A stretch of 64,000 nt of DNA from NCBI RefSeq assembly GCF_001194135.2, contig NC_068983.1:62124359-62188358 (forward strand), in the 5' to 3' direction. Below the pieces are notes generated by a model, which searched no databases, was not told the origin of the DNA, and saw nothing but the letters and a program-made list of their open reading frames with translations. Positions 50,396 to 63,826 of the stretch are shown one piece after another (positions within the stretch are counted from its first letter, which is position 1; each line of letters opens with the position of its first letter). The stretch comes from Octopus bimaculoides (lineage: Eukaryota). A program made the translations under genes and the position numbers.

Positions 50396-51279
50396 TAGGT
50401 CTGATGAATAAGTATCCGGACTGTTGCCATGATAACGAAGTTAAAGCACGCAGAATCAAGCCGCTTGTCACAGATTGACCTTGAACTTTGATGTGTGTGG
50501 GCACTAAGTTTTGATATTCTAGCTCACTTCTACTGCTTACAGCAGTGCTTGGAAAGAATGTGTGTAGCATGTGATCGTCGCATTGACCATGACAAAGCTG
50601 TCATGGCAATCACTGCTCAGAGCTCTACAGAAAGTTGCAGAAAGTGTATGGAGAGGAGCATATGAGCTGCACACAAATTTACGAGTGGTTCAGATGTTTC
50701 GAAGATGGTCGAAAAAATGTGACAAACGTTTTGAGAGAGCAGTAACCAGCAGAACTGAAAAAAAACCATCATAGTTGTGAGTGCAGCTCTGACGGAAGTC
50801 GTCGAATCACCATCCGTGAGCTATCAGAGGATGTGCAGATTAGTTACGGTTCAGTCCAGTCCATTGTCACTGAAGATTTGGGTATGAACCGCATGTTAGC
50901 CAAGTTTGTGCGAAAACAGCTTTCAACTGGCCAAAAAGACACTCGGGTTTCACTTGCACAAGTTCTCCTTGATATGTTGAGAACGATGAAAACGTCTTTT
51001 AAAACTTTGCTTAGGCATTTAAGCAGGTATCGCCAAGCTTTTGGCAGAATCTGATGCAGATTCTCAGCTCAACTTTCTCTGTCATGGTCAATGTGACGAT
51101 CACACGCTACACACGTTCTTCCCAAGCACTGCTGTAAACAGCGGATGTGAACCAGACCGTTAAAAATTAGTGCTCATGCGCAGCAAAGTGTAGGGTCAAT
51201 TTGTGCCAATCAGCTTTACTCTGCGCGCTTTAGCCTCGTTACTATAGTAACAGTCCGGATACTTATTGATCAGGTCACG
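50395..51279 (+). mobile_element. Non-autonomous mariner (irritans-like) with very long TIRs formed by two inverted left ends
   Basis: TA flanks at 50393-94 and 51280-81. Termini CTAGGTCTGATGAATAAGTATCCGGACTGTT / AACAGTCCGGATACTTATTGATCAGGTCACG. The + strand carries the transposase N-terminus (TQIYEWFR, RITIRELSEDVQISYGSVQSIVTEDLGM); the minus strand 51085-51003 reads MTEKVELRICIRFCQKLGDTC. Confidence 0.9.
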
Positions 51280-51319
<40 letters not shown>

Positions 51320-51713
51320 CGTGTGCGCGTGTATGTATGTATGTATGTATGTTTGTATGTATGAATCTATAATAATAAATGCCAAAACGAATTTCTGTGT
51401 GTCAATTTGTCACACTTTGACCTCGTCTCTCACTATTCTAGAGTCAGCGTAATAGTATGAGCTGTAGTTGTGAAAAGGCGGGGCCAACGGTGATGACGAT
51501 GGTGGTGGTGGTGGTGGTGGTAGCTGAGGCGGTCAAGCATGACGCTGATAGTAAAGGATGTGAAAAACAGTGGTGATGGTGAAGGGGAAGGCGGCGAAGT
51601 CAAAGGAGTTGATGATGTTGGCTTCAGAAGTCTGAATGGGGTGTGTGGCAGATGTGGTGGTGATGGTGGTGGTACTGGTGATGGTGACTGTTGAATACAA
51701 TCAACAGAAAGAG

Positions 51714-51720
51714 AGAAAGC

Positions 51721-51790
<70 letters not shown>

Positions 51791-51805
51791 AAGAGAGAGA
51801 GAGAG
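51714..51805. repeat. (GA)n microsatellite
   Basis: Directly visible. Confidence 0.97.
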
Positions 51806-52229
51806 GGGAAGAAAGACGTTAGAAAATAGAAAAAATTGTACTGACCCCTGAATGGGAAGACAAAATTAATGTTGTTTATCATGAATCTTTGCAATAAGTT
51901 CCAAGTTGTCATATTATATCATTGTTTTGGGGAAAATTATTCATTACTTGAAAAATATTGGTCAAGTTTTAATAATATTTAATATGTATTCAATGCATGA
52001 GTACATATCAAATATTCTCCTAATCAGGAGAAGTCGTGTTTTACCAATTTTGATCTACAGAATCTAGTATTATTACTGTAGAAAATTAGTGTCGTTTCTC
52101 AGCAATATTATTTCTACAAAATTCAAATTCTACATACAGAATGGTAGCATTCTGATGATTGACTTCTCTCTTTCCCTCTTTACTTCGTCGTCGTCCTTGT
52201 CGTCGTCGTCCTTGTCATCGTCGTCCTTG

Positions 52230-52810
52230 TCAATTATGCATAACTAATTACTAGTATACGCAGAAGAAATTTCGAATTTCTAAAGCCAGCCCCATAGTCT
52301 TTCTTTACTCTTTGATACCGTTTTTTTAAGTATCCTATTACTGAGTTTGCATAAGCTGGTGCAAACATTGTTACCATTGTCATGCCTCTAAAATGAAGAT
52401 AATTTTTACCATTGAAAAAGGTGTTATTCTGAAGGATAAAGCCGACAGTTAGTAAAATGACATGTATTGTAAATAAATTGTGAACCAATTCTCAATGTTT
52501 TTCAATTCAATATTTAATTGTTGTTATTCCCAAGTCTTGTGAAATATTTATATGGAGGCTTTCTACACCAAAGCGAACCAACAACGAATACGAATTTGTA
52601 GTTTCAGGAACATGTGACAAGAAATCAATGTCATTCTAAATGAAACTCGTATGTTGGTATATAATAGTTTGAAAGTGATGCCAACAAAATTACATAGGGA
52701 ATAGGTAAAACATACTGGACCGGCTATGATATGTATAATTTTAAGATCCTTTGGTTTTAGTAATTTGAGGTATTCACCTTCATGTTCTTTATTATATTTT
52801 GCATTTCCTT
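52230..52810 (-). mobile_element. Decayed Penelope-like RT fragment
   Basis: KDLKIIHIIAGPVCFTYSLCNFVGI, GVESLHINISQDLG and FILQNNTFFNGKNYLHFRGMTMVTMFAPAYAN (cf. GTAMGT.FAP.YAN). Confidence 0.75.
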
Positions 52811-53767
52811 TCACTTATGTATTTTTAGTGGATCATAAAATCTATTGGGATTTGGTTCAAAATTGGTAATGCAGTCACATACATATTCGTGAGTTACGAT
52901 GATTTGAAACCGGATTAAGCTGTTTCTTAGCGCGACGATCTATATTTGTAGGTATTTCAAAGCGATAGGTTGTATCCTTTAACTGATCGACAACTAAATC
53001 CCGATAACATTCGGTATCCATTATGACAACTGCACCGCGTTTATGTTTGTTTGATGACCATTACATCATTATTTTGGAAGCATCTAACTGCAGACTTACC
53101 TGATTTATTAATATTTGATCTGACACTAGTATTTTCAGGAAGTGTTAATTTGGAAAGACTATAATTTTAATGGTTTAAAAAGTTTCTTTCTTTTATTTTG
53201 GCGGGATAATTTTAAATTTAATTTTATAGTTTCTTATAACTCATTTTTATTGAGAAAAAGCTCAACCGGTCGTAATATCCGACCGAAGTTTTGGACATTA
53301 ATGAAAAGCGACTTTCAGAGTAGGCACAAGTATGGATTATAAAACCAGAAATCTGATCCAGTGAATCAAATATGTGAGGACATATTTATTGGCCAGATAG
53401 GACACATTAAGTCTCTCGAGTACGAGAAAGATGACACCGCATTTTCTTGTTAAACAACCTTTGTTTAGAGTCACCGAATACTTTGTGCTGTACATTAGTT
53501 CACTCCATCTATCAAATTAACATTACCTGGGCAGAGAAATGTTAAATGAAGAAGCATTCTACTCAAGAATAGAACGCACCGACGGATCAAGGAAATCAAA
53601 ACTGCAATGCCGCAGTCCTAAACACACGCATAAGATACACACACACACACTCTGACACACACGTGTGTGTGTGTGTGTGTATCCATGCAAGTATGTATAC
53701 TCAGGTATCCTCTGTCTCTATATATTATTTCTATATGTTCGTATGCAAGTATATATAGCTATATATA

Positions 53768-54440
53768 AGAGGGGGTACCTAAGAGAAGCTGGAATTTTGC
53801 AATATTATTTTATTCACTTAGTTTTACATGTTTACACTTTTATCGCCTTCAAAGTATTCTTCATTTGACGCAATGCATCTGTCCAGGTGCGCTTTCCACT
53901 GTTCAAAGCAGTGCTAGAACTCTTGCGAAGTGATGCCTTCTAACGCCTCCATCAATTTTCTCTTCACTTCTTCCACATCTGCAAATTACATTGCACCAGC
54001 TTTTGTCACCAGGAGTGACCTTCGAAAACAGTGAGGATCAGTTTTCAACTGTTCTTTCAGTTCACGGCACGCATTCAGTCGTGACTGCTTTTGATCTGCA
54101 GTGAACAAGTGAAGCATAAATTTTGCTTCAACTCTTTTCATTCGCGATTCCTCACTCAAAATTTGTTGGCAGGAGCTCCAGGACAGAACACTCATATCAA
54201 CAAATTTGTCAATTCTTCGGTGATGGTCCTCCGAGTTCATTCCATGAATTTTTATCATGTTTTCATTCGTTCGGGAGGTCGACGGCCGCCCTGAACAAGA
54301 TTGGTCTTCAAGTGACAAGTGATCATTCCTAAAGCGTGAAAATTACTCGTCAACTTGTGTTTTACTCATAACAGCGTCGTTGTTGGCTGTTTTCTGAACT
54401 ACAGCGGAGAACGTTTCCGGTTATTTTTAGGTACCGCTCG
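53768..54440 (-). mobile_element. Internally deleted mariner (irritans-like), both TIRs kept
   Basis: TA + AGAGGGGGTACCTAAGAG...TTTTAGGTACCGCTCG + TA. Minus strand SGRPSTSRTNEN..MKRVEAKF is joined directly to the C-terminal FADVEEVKRK..WKAHLDRCIASNEEYFEGD, so most of the catalytic domain is deleted. Confidence 0.88.
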
Positions 54441-56895
54441 TATGTATGTATGTATGTATGTATGTATGTATGTATGTACACTCATGCATACATGCATACA
54501 TACATGATATATACATACATACTTACACATATGTATGGATATACGTATATCTATGTCTGTATCTGTATTCCTATTAGTGTGTGAGAGACCGCTATCTGAA
54601 GATCTTTGGTAAAAGGCATAATTCAGAAGGTTATGACTATTTACTGAGATAGCATATTCAATAAAATGAATATACTCCCCTGCTGCAGACAGGGATCAAA
54701 AAGTTGAAAAGGGATGGCCAGCTTTCTATGCAAATCGTCTCATAAGATTGTAGATATTCCGTATGATAAAAGGAAAAAAGAGGAAATCAGTTACAGAAAG
54801 AAAGAAAATATTAGTTTTTTTTTTTTTCTTAACCATATTGCTGTTGAAGTGATCATATATTTGTAGGCAGATTTGTATTGAATAATAATTCCTTTGGCGA
54901 TGACAAATAACTTAATTTCCTTTAAGATATTTCTAAATTTCAAATAACTTTCTCGTTTCATGCTCTATAATTTCCTATAAATTCGAAACCTAGTACAAAA
55001 ATGAAGATTTATTCCCCGTTTTATGGCATCCAATTCGATTTCCTATCGTTTTATTTACAGACCTTTATAGATGAGGGATTTAATACAGTTGCTCACGCAC
55101 ACACATTCACACACATGCACAGTTTCTCATATACATTTGCGTACACATACAAGAACACACACACACACGTACACACAGACACACTCACGTGCCCTATCCC
55201 GTTTTTTCTTTACCATGTATATAAGTGTTTACACACACATGCACACACATACATGTATATATGTGTCTGTGTGAATGTGCGTTTGGATGTAATTTCTGAA
55301 TGATGTTATTAAACACGGCGTGTGAGGTGTGAACGACCTCATCAATATTTAAGCATCAATGAGGAGTGTATCTCAAGTAAAATAAAATGATAAATACAAG
55401 GATATTACCGAACTTATTATATCTTGAATCGGTCTTAGAACTGTTAAATCATAGGCTTAACCTCTGTTATCAATGTCCATTAAAGAATGTACGGTAGACA
55501 CTTGGTATCAAAACGTTGTATGAGAGAAGACGTCCAAGAGAAGATATCCGGCTGTTTTTGCTACTGTTAAATTACACACCGCCTTCTAATTCAAAATGAT
55601 GTGTATAGGCTGCAAATGAACTGATATTTAGTTGCTATTTCAAGCATACCAAACCACCATATGGTAGTGCTATCGTGGGTTCATCATGGTTGGAGGCTTC
55701 CGGTTCTTATTGCCTCATTATACCCCTATCTTAGTACAATGCATTATACTCCTATCTTAGCACAATGCATCATTGGAATTGTTGTTCAACTACTACTGGC
55801 AAATTCATTTTATCTACCTGCCTTTTTTCGACAAGAAAACAAGACGACGGCAATAACGATGAGAGAGTCAAGAGATATGAGAGCATTTGAAAGCGGGACT
55901 GCAAAGTAAAAAGCTTGTTGATTAAAAGGTAATGCCGTACTGAGCTGAAACGAACTTGTGCCGCTATTTTGAGAGTTGCTATTTAGAACTATGGGAAATA
56001 GATTATTCCAGAATTTTACTTGTCTAATAAAGCAAATAATTAAATCTCACAAAAATCTTTTAAATTAACTTTTCCCTTACTTATTCAGGTATTACAACTT
56101 CCATACTTTCCTTGCAATTGTTTGATTGCTTGTTTGGATGTTTTATTTTATTATATTTGTTATTATTATTTTTCTCTTTTTTGTTGGAATTGTTGTTAAT
56201 GGCGAGTACTCATAAGTTTCACTTTATGGACATGTGAATTTGCTGCTTTCATCTTGATTGACTTTGATCTCCTTATCGATCAGTTAGTTGTAGCTGGTTA
56301 CTTTCAAATTCAATTGTTTTATTTGTTTATAGCCTTATGCGTATCATTTCATCATTCCAATTTTATTCTCATAATTTCTATAACACTTTTTTTCTCTATT
56401 TTCTATTCTTTCGCGTCTTGAAGGTTTGTTTCCAATTTATACTTCCTTATTTCCTTCATATAGACAAAGGTATATTAATGCTAATTAATTTTATGGTATG
56501 AATCTAAAGAAATTAGATTCCTATTATGTAGATTAAATTCTATTTTAAACGTCAGGTTCCAAGTCCAAGGAAAAATGAGTGAGCGTAATTTAATCTAGAA
56601 ATGGTATAAATATATGTTTATGCATCTGACAATATAAACTTTCATATGTAAACATACTGATGCATATACGCAAGTCTGTGTTTGCGCGTGTGTGCATGTG
56701 TGTGTGTATTTACAATAGTAAATACGAAGGAAAGGAAGACGAACCCAACATGTTCAGTAGGAGTTACATATTATTTAGAGCAATTTAATTCTGTCTCATG
56801 CAAGAGAAAGCCTGACACACTAGGTTTCTGCATGGGACCAAATCAAGCTGTTTTAATGATTATAATAATAATAAAATTAATAATAATAACAACAA

Positions 56896-57039
56896 CCGTC
56901 TCTACATCTGCTACAATACTGGGCTCGATACTAATAAATTTAATATGGCACAAATATGTCTAACGAAACACAAAGGAAAACTACAGCAGTACAGCGAATC
57001 GCTTATTCTAAGGTTAATCTGGAAGCGCGTCCCCCAAGA

Positions 57040-57076
<37 letters not shown>

Positions 57077-59299
57077 CCAGTATGGGGTCGAAAGGTCACC
57101 CATTGGCACAAACTCTTTTCTGAATACGAACCTGGATGTTCATTTGAACGGAAACTCCCCCAACGCGAGCCCTCCATGTCCACCATGACACCTACCACAG
57201 AAAGAAAACTATAAGAGGATCAAATGGACCCGACAAGAGTATACAAAAGTTAATATACGCCTATTCATATGCATTAGGCAAACCAAATGAAGAGAAACAC
57301 ACTGCACACGCTTATCAAATATGGAGAACACGAAATCAAGACAGCAAACTATATTTGGACGAAAACAAGTTAGCAAATGTTAGGAGGGATATCCTCAGAA
57401 ATAAAAAAAACTCACAGATAGTGAAATAACTGCGATCAAGCTCGCAGCGGAAAATTACCTAAATATAAGACAACAAGGAAATGAAGAACCAGACGAAGAG
57501 AGCAACTCTTCACGAGTCTCAATTGAACGGCTGCCATTTGACCAGAACACACCAACGTCTTGAGAAATAAATTGCAATGAATTTCATAAAGATAGCGAGG
57601 AAAGTGGTAAAGAAACAATGTTTGAAGACTACACATTTACAGAAGAACATAGCGAGTCTATGATAGAATTGAAGTAGAAAAGTTTAAATAAGCTTGTAAG
57701 GCATACCAATATGCATGATAGATAACCACTTCATAAGCATTCAAATACAATCCAAAATGGAAAACAAATTAAAATTGGAAACTCTGTAACAAAGGTGATT
57801 ATACAAGAGCTGAAACCATATCTCACTGAATTAAATGAAATTGTTTATGCAGCTTCAAAGACAATTGAAATCAGTTGTATGCCCCTGAAAAAACAAAGAA
57901 ATACAAACCTGAGAATAATTTCAAACTGGAAAAGTAAAACTGAAAAAGAGATTGATATAATGAGAGGTGAAATATCAACATTGAATGAAATAATATGTGG
58001 AAACAATGTAAAAAGCAGAAACATTGCAACAAAATGTTCCAGTAAAATCTCAAAGAATACGTTTTGAGAAGAGAAACACATTTTTCAAACAGAATAAGCT
58101 ATTCACATCCAATGCAAAAACATTCTATGTTCTTAAAACTCTATGGCAAAGATGATAATGAGCTTGATCCAGTTCGAAATCTACAAAACTATCACAATTT
58201 GACTGGCAAAATATCTTGAAACATTTAACGACTGAATGCAAACGCTCGTAGAAAACCATGAAAGACGTAATAAGGTTCATTCTGTTATGAAGGAGGGCAA
58301 AAAAGTTTCAAGTGAGTTTATGTATAATACCCAGGTATTAGAGAAGTGCACCAATTGTAGTTGCAAAGAAGGGGAAACCAATAGCAACGCAAAATGCGCT
58401 TGAATAATTTGCTCATATGTGGGAACAAAAGCCTCTGCATGGCACATATGTGGCCTGTAGCAAGTAAGATGATGTAGACTAGATGCACACACATCAGTGG
58501 TTACGGAGCTCAGGGCTGAAGGTAGAGAGTGAAGGCTCTATCCTGCTCAAGATCAGAGCTTATTGACCGAAACTACCAAATCAATGTGATGAAAAATGGT
58601 GTAGACCCAAAGTGCCGATACTGCGACGATGGAATAGAAACAGTTGGCCACCTAATCTCTGGATGTAAGCTTTTAGCACCTGTAGAGTACAAATCAAGAC
58701 ATGACAGAGTTGGCCAATATCCACGTTGGTAAATGTGTCGGCATTATAAAGTCAAAACTGTTGACAAATGGTACAAGCACCATTCTGAGGTTTTATTTGA
58801 GGGAGAAATGTAACTATTCTATGGGACTTCCGAGTATGCACAGATCGAACCATCAAGGCAAATAAACCAGATATAGTTATGAAAGACAAAAGCAATAAAG
58901 TCTATTTATTGATTGACATGATAATACCATGTGACTATTATATTTCGGCATAAGAATTCGATACGCTCAGAAAATATAAAGATCTGTTAATCGAAATCGA
59001 AAAGATGTGACATCTCAAGACGGTTACAATACCAATGATTGTAGGAGCACTTGGAATGATCAAAAAATGAACTGAAAATCATTTAAGAATGATTCCTGGC
59101 CAACCATCCATGCAGGAAATGCAAAAGATTGTCTTGACTGGTACGTCAAACGTATTGAAGAGATCATTGTCGCTGTAAATTTGCTTTCGTTTCCCCCTCT
59201 TTTATTTGTTTACTTTTCTATTTTTTAATTTTTCCTTTTCCAAGAAATAGAAACAAATTTGGAAGATGCTAATGACAATAACAACAACAATAATAAAAC
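56896..59299 (+). mobile_element. R4/Dong-like element (subfamily 3): N-terminus, CCHC and RLE kept, RT core deleted
   Basis: KRIKWTRQEY, IWRTRN, LDENKLANVRRDIL, LTELNEIVYAA, QNKLFTSNAKTFY joined to LKLYGKDDNELD, WEQKPLHG, QDQSLLTRNYQ, CRYC..ETVGHLISGC, ANKPDIV, IVGALG and MQKIVLTGTSNVLKRSLSL* (TAA 59176-59178). Preceded by (TAA)n and ends in a (CAA/TAA) tail. Confidence 0.88.
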
Positions 59300-59339
59300 A
59301 GCTTAGGGTGGTATACAAAAAAATGCCGTGTGGCCACTG

Positions 59340-59727
59340 CTAAAACACGCGAAGAAACCAGACATAGTGTTGAGAAAGAAAGCAAATGATGCTGAATCAT
59401 AGATATGGAATGCTCAGCTGACAACAAGGTATGCAATAAGAAAGAGAGAAAAGTCGATAGCTTGAGAGGTTAAGCAGTTGTAGCCGATGAAAAAGGTGGT
59501 AATAGAACCAATAATTGTCGGAGCCATGGGAACAATGAGTAAAAATCTTGAGAAGTACATGGAACAAATAGGGGCTGCAATAAGGGGGGGACAACTTGCA
59601 GAAAACAGCACTGCTTCGGACCACTCGAATACTCCGGATGGTGCTCGAAAAATAAGGGCTGTTACCTGAGGTCTCGAGTAGTGAACAGCTGGCACCGTAG
59701 TACAAATCCAGCGTTAGAAGCTGTGCA
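59340..59727 (+). mobile_element. 5'-truncated R4/Dong-like element (subfamily 4), RLE end plus 3' UTR
   Basis: KKPDIV, KKVVIEPIIVGAMG and LQKTALLRTTRILRMVLEK* (TAA 59653-59655), followed by (TAA)n. Confidence 0.82.
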
Positions 59728-59762
<35 letters not shown>

Positions 59763-59957
59763 TAATAATAATAACAACAACAACAACAACAATAATAATA
59801 ATAATAATTATTATTATTATTATCATTATTGTTGTTGTTGTTGCTATTATTATTATCATCATCATCATTATCATCGTTATTATTATTATTACTATTATTA
59901 TTATTATTATTATCATCATCATCATCATTATTATTATTATTATCATCATCATCATCA

Positions 59958-60029
<72 letters not shown>
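59728..60029. repeat. (TAA)n/(CAA)n tail switching to the opposite-polarity (TTA)n/(TCA)n
   Basis: Directly visible; polarity switches at about 59808. Confidence 0.93.
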
Positions 60030-60030
<1 letters not shown>

Positions 60031-61504
60031 GTGTTTGTTTGTGTGCACGTATATATGTTTACAAACACAAACACATATATACGCATACATATAGATGCGC
60101 ACATAAACAAAGCTATATATGAACATATACGTAGGTATAGGTTTCTAAACCGAAGTATATAAGCGTAAAATCCTAATCTCGTGGAAGAAAACGGTGAATT
60201 TCTTGTGTATATTGTATCGAGTTTGCAGTCGCCTACAGATTCACTTCTCCAACATCGTATCATGATAATGAGCAGATATGAATATAATAACTATACTGAG
60301 ACCATTGACTGAACCAATGTGCATATAGGTAAAAATATATATAGTTTTCTTTTCTGGAACCTTTTTTCCCATATTCACTTAACCATTCTTTTATATAACG
60401 AGCTATATCCCCTACGTGTATATCAGCAAGGCTAGCACATATTCCTTGTAAGCAGTTTGTAAGGTATCCAGTATTTCCTAAATCAGCGGACTATATGCTG
60501 ATTTTCGACGTCTATCACAAACTCATGTTCTAGTCTAAAAAGGTATATTTACGAACAATGATCGATTTAACAGATTTAACTATTATTTTCTGCGACTTAC
60601 ATTTTAAGGTTTGGTCCTTAGAAGAGTCTCCTGAATATACATGCCAATTAGACATTATTAGGTGTTGCATCTATAAGCATTGCAGTATGAAATCTAATAT
60701 GATCGTGTCATTTATTGACCTTCAATAACTTAATATTACATCTAGTACACTCGTATAATACTCTACGCTTTAATCTCTTCACAATACATTACCTAACTAT
60801 ACGTTTAAAAGATTATGAGCCATGTTCACCAATAAATCACATCTATTAACTTACTACTTGAATGCCAAATACACAATACCCTTTTCTAAAAGCTGTTAGC
60901 TATCCGCAAGGAGATATAATTTCTTAAGATTAAACTTGCTAGGTTTATTGTATACATTAGACCTTACAGCTTTATCAGAGATCTCAAGTGAAATACCCAG
61001 AAAATTAAATCTATTTACATGCTATCCAGTCCCACTATGAAATATGCGGGAATAATTTTATATTATAAATTTTCGAAGAAAACTACAATTGCGAACGGAA
61101 ATATCACCAATGATAGTTGCCTTACAAAACCTAACGTCCTCCTTTTCATACATCACTCAGAAAATTTAATTCACATGACGGTAAGTATAACCTGGCTAAC
61201 AGAAGACTATAATTACTTGCCAGAAGAATTCCTCTAATTTGTCTAAATGCTTTACCCGTTTACCTGCTTAGAAAACATGCTGCATCTTATATTTGACATA
61301 AAGTCCATTCAATTATTTCTATACACTAGTCCTTTATTTTAAGTAATCCATTTTCTACTAAATTCATTTCTAAACAGCCTAGAATAACCATGCACATTTA
61401 TTGTTTTAACTACCTTAATCTTTTCTAAAATTCCGACGTTGGACATGATATTCTATAATTAACTAACCCTAGAATTTTGGTAAATGGCTTTGGTAAACTC
61501 TGCC

Positions 61505-61585
<81 letters not shown>

Positions 61586-61779
61586 ACTCTATGAATACTT
61601 TGACATCCTCAATGACTAAGCAGTAGGTTGCATTACCACAGAAATCATAATTTACTGTTACACGTAATTCCCTTATTTTACGCCATTACGTATTTCTTCC
61701 ATACAATTACAAAATTCCATGGTGCTTCATCCGTCGGAGCTGTAACATATTGTATTTTCATCTCATAACTATAGATTAG

Positions 61780-63385
61780 CATCATAATCTACCAAAGACT
61801 AAATCTACATTGGTATAAAGATTGGTGACGTCAAAGCTTGTAAGTATAGTACCTTCTGGAACGGAAGGTGGAATGTGCAGGAAGAAATCTATGCCGTTCC
61901 GTATATGGCTGGGTATTGATGGGCTTAAAGGCTTTAGGAGTATATCCCCAAAATGACTAAGTTTGAGTGTTGGTGCTTGAGGTCTAGCAACTATTGGGCT
62001 CAGTTTGAGGTCCATAGGTCTTACTATTTTCCTGTATTGGTACCTCTGCTCGTTTATGTTTCTGTATTTCGAGGCTTTTGTGGATTTTGGGTAATCCGTA
62101 GAAATTGCTCTCTTTGATTACAGAGTTGCATAAATAATCTTTTCTTTGTCTGTGAAGGAATCTTGGCATTCATTAATTAGTGTTTTGATTTTATTCACTA
62201 TTGCTTTTGCCGGGTGTCTTTCTTATAGTAGGTTCTTCCTTATAGTAGATTTGGTCTGTTAGAATTTCCAATATATTATTTTTATAGTAGTCTTTGTCTA
62301 TGATTACTATCACCCCTCCTTTATCGGTTTCTTTTAGGAAGATTGAATTGCAATTCTTCAGTGTTAGTAAGACTTGCTTTTCTTCTTCACGAAGGTTCTG
62401 TTTGCATTTACGTGAACTTAGAGGAAATTTCGAAATTGTGTCTATATATGCGTCCAATTGGTTGTTATTCCCCTTGTAATGGGTGAAGTGAGATTTATTT
62501 CTGACAATCGATTCGTCATTTATATCCTCTCTACCGGGGTTCTCGTTCTCTCGTAGGTGAAGGGATGGGTTCATATACTTTGTAGGTATTTCGTTGTCAA
62601 TAGGTTCTGTTTTCTCATTTTCTATGTTTATTGAGCCATTCAGGATGTATGGGATTGTTGACCGTTAATCGTAGGTTTCTTGAATTTTCATGATGATTAT
62701 TTATATTATGGTTTCTGTGGTGTCCGTATTTTACTTGTCTTTATTTCCATCTATTCATCCAACCAGGGCACTTGGTTCTCTGGCTTGGTGGTTGTGTGTA
62801 TGTTACTTGTCATTCTTTTCTTTTCCGCCAATGTATTCATCCATCGAGGGTGTTTGACAGAATGGATTGATGGTTGTCTTCTATATTCCATGTGTTTGAC
62901 TATTGCAGTATTATGTTTTGGTATTGCCGAATATGAGTTTCTAGTCTGCACTTGGGGTGAGCTGGAGGTCATCTCCGCATATTTTCTTGAATTACTGGTG
63001 GTTCCATGCCTTAGTCTGCTTCCTCTGGAGTCGGTGTCTATGTTTGTTTTTGATTTCCTTGTATTCTTGTATTTTGTTGTGGTTTCGTTTTCATAATGAA
63101 GTTTTCTCCATGGGATTTTTCATAGTTACTGAAATATTGTTGCTGCTTTTCACACATATTTATGGATTTTTCTTCTTCCTGCTTAGTGTCTTTTTTCCAT
63201 AGTTGTGGTTTTTCATGAATTTGATTATCACTTCGTTCGGCAATTTCAACAAACATAACTGCATCAATTGTTTTGACTTTCTCTTCGTGTCGTACTTTTC
63301 GCGATTGGAGAAGAGAAATTTCCGCTTCCAGTTTCGGCACGTATCGTCGTTTCTTCCAATGATTCACCTCTTATTTCTTTCATAA
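61780..63385 (-). mobile_element. Penelope-like element, N-terminal region and first half of RT (3'-truncated, frameshifted)
   Basis: NLREEEKQVLLTLKN..IFLKETDKGGVIVIIDKDYY, NFYGLPKIHKS and DLKLSPIVARP..SHFGDILLKP..ILTSFDVTNLYTNV. Ends before the catalytic YxDD; no GIY-YIG. Confidence 0.9.
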
Positions 63386-63516
63386 AAAAAATCTTCTGGG
63401 AAGGATTGGGTTTTTTCGCTTCGCCAATTTTGGTAGGTGTTGCCTAAATTCTTACATCGAATGCTTTTCCAATATTCATGTTTACGTTGATTTACAAGCT
63501 TGTCCCAGAGTTATAG

Positions 63517-63826
<310 letters not shown>

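Noticed and set aside
50401-50410. CTGATGA hammerhead core
   Set aside because: It lies within the mariner TIR with no paired GAAA or stems. CTGATGA-like hits at ~5396 (minus), ~45996 and ~52154 also lack the architecture.
52185-52232. DKDDDD (FLAG-like) peptide on the minus strand suggesting vector contamination
   Set aside because: It is a simple 15-bp tandem repeat lacking DYK, with no vector context.
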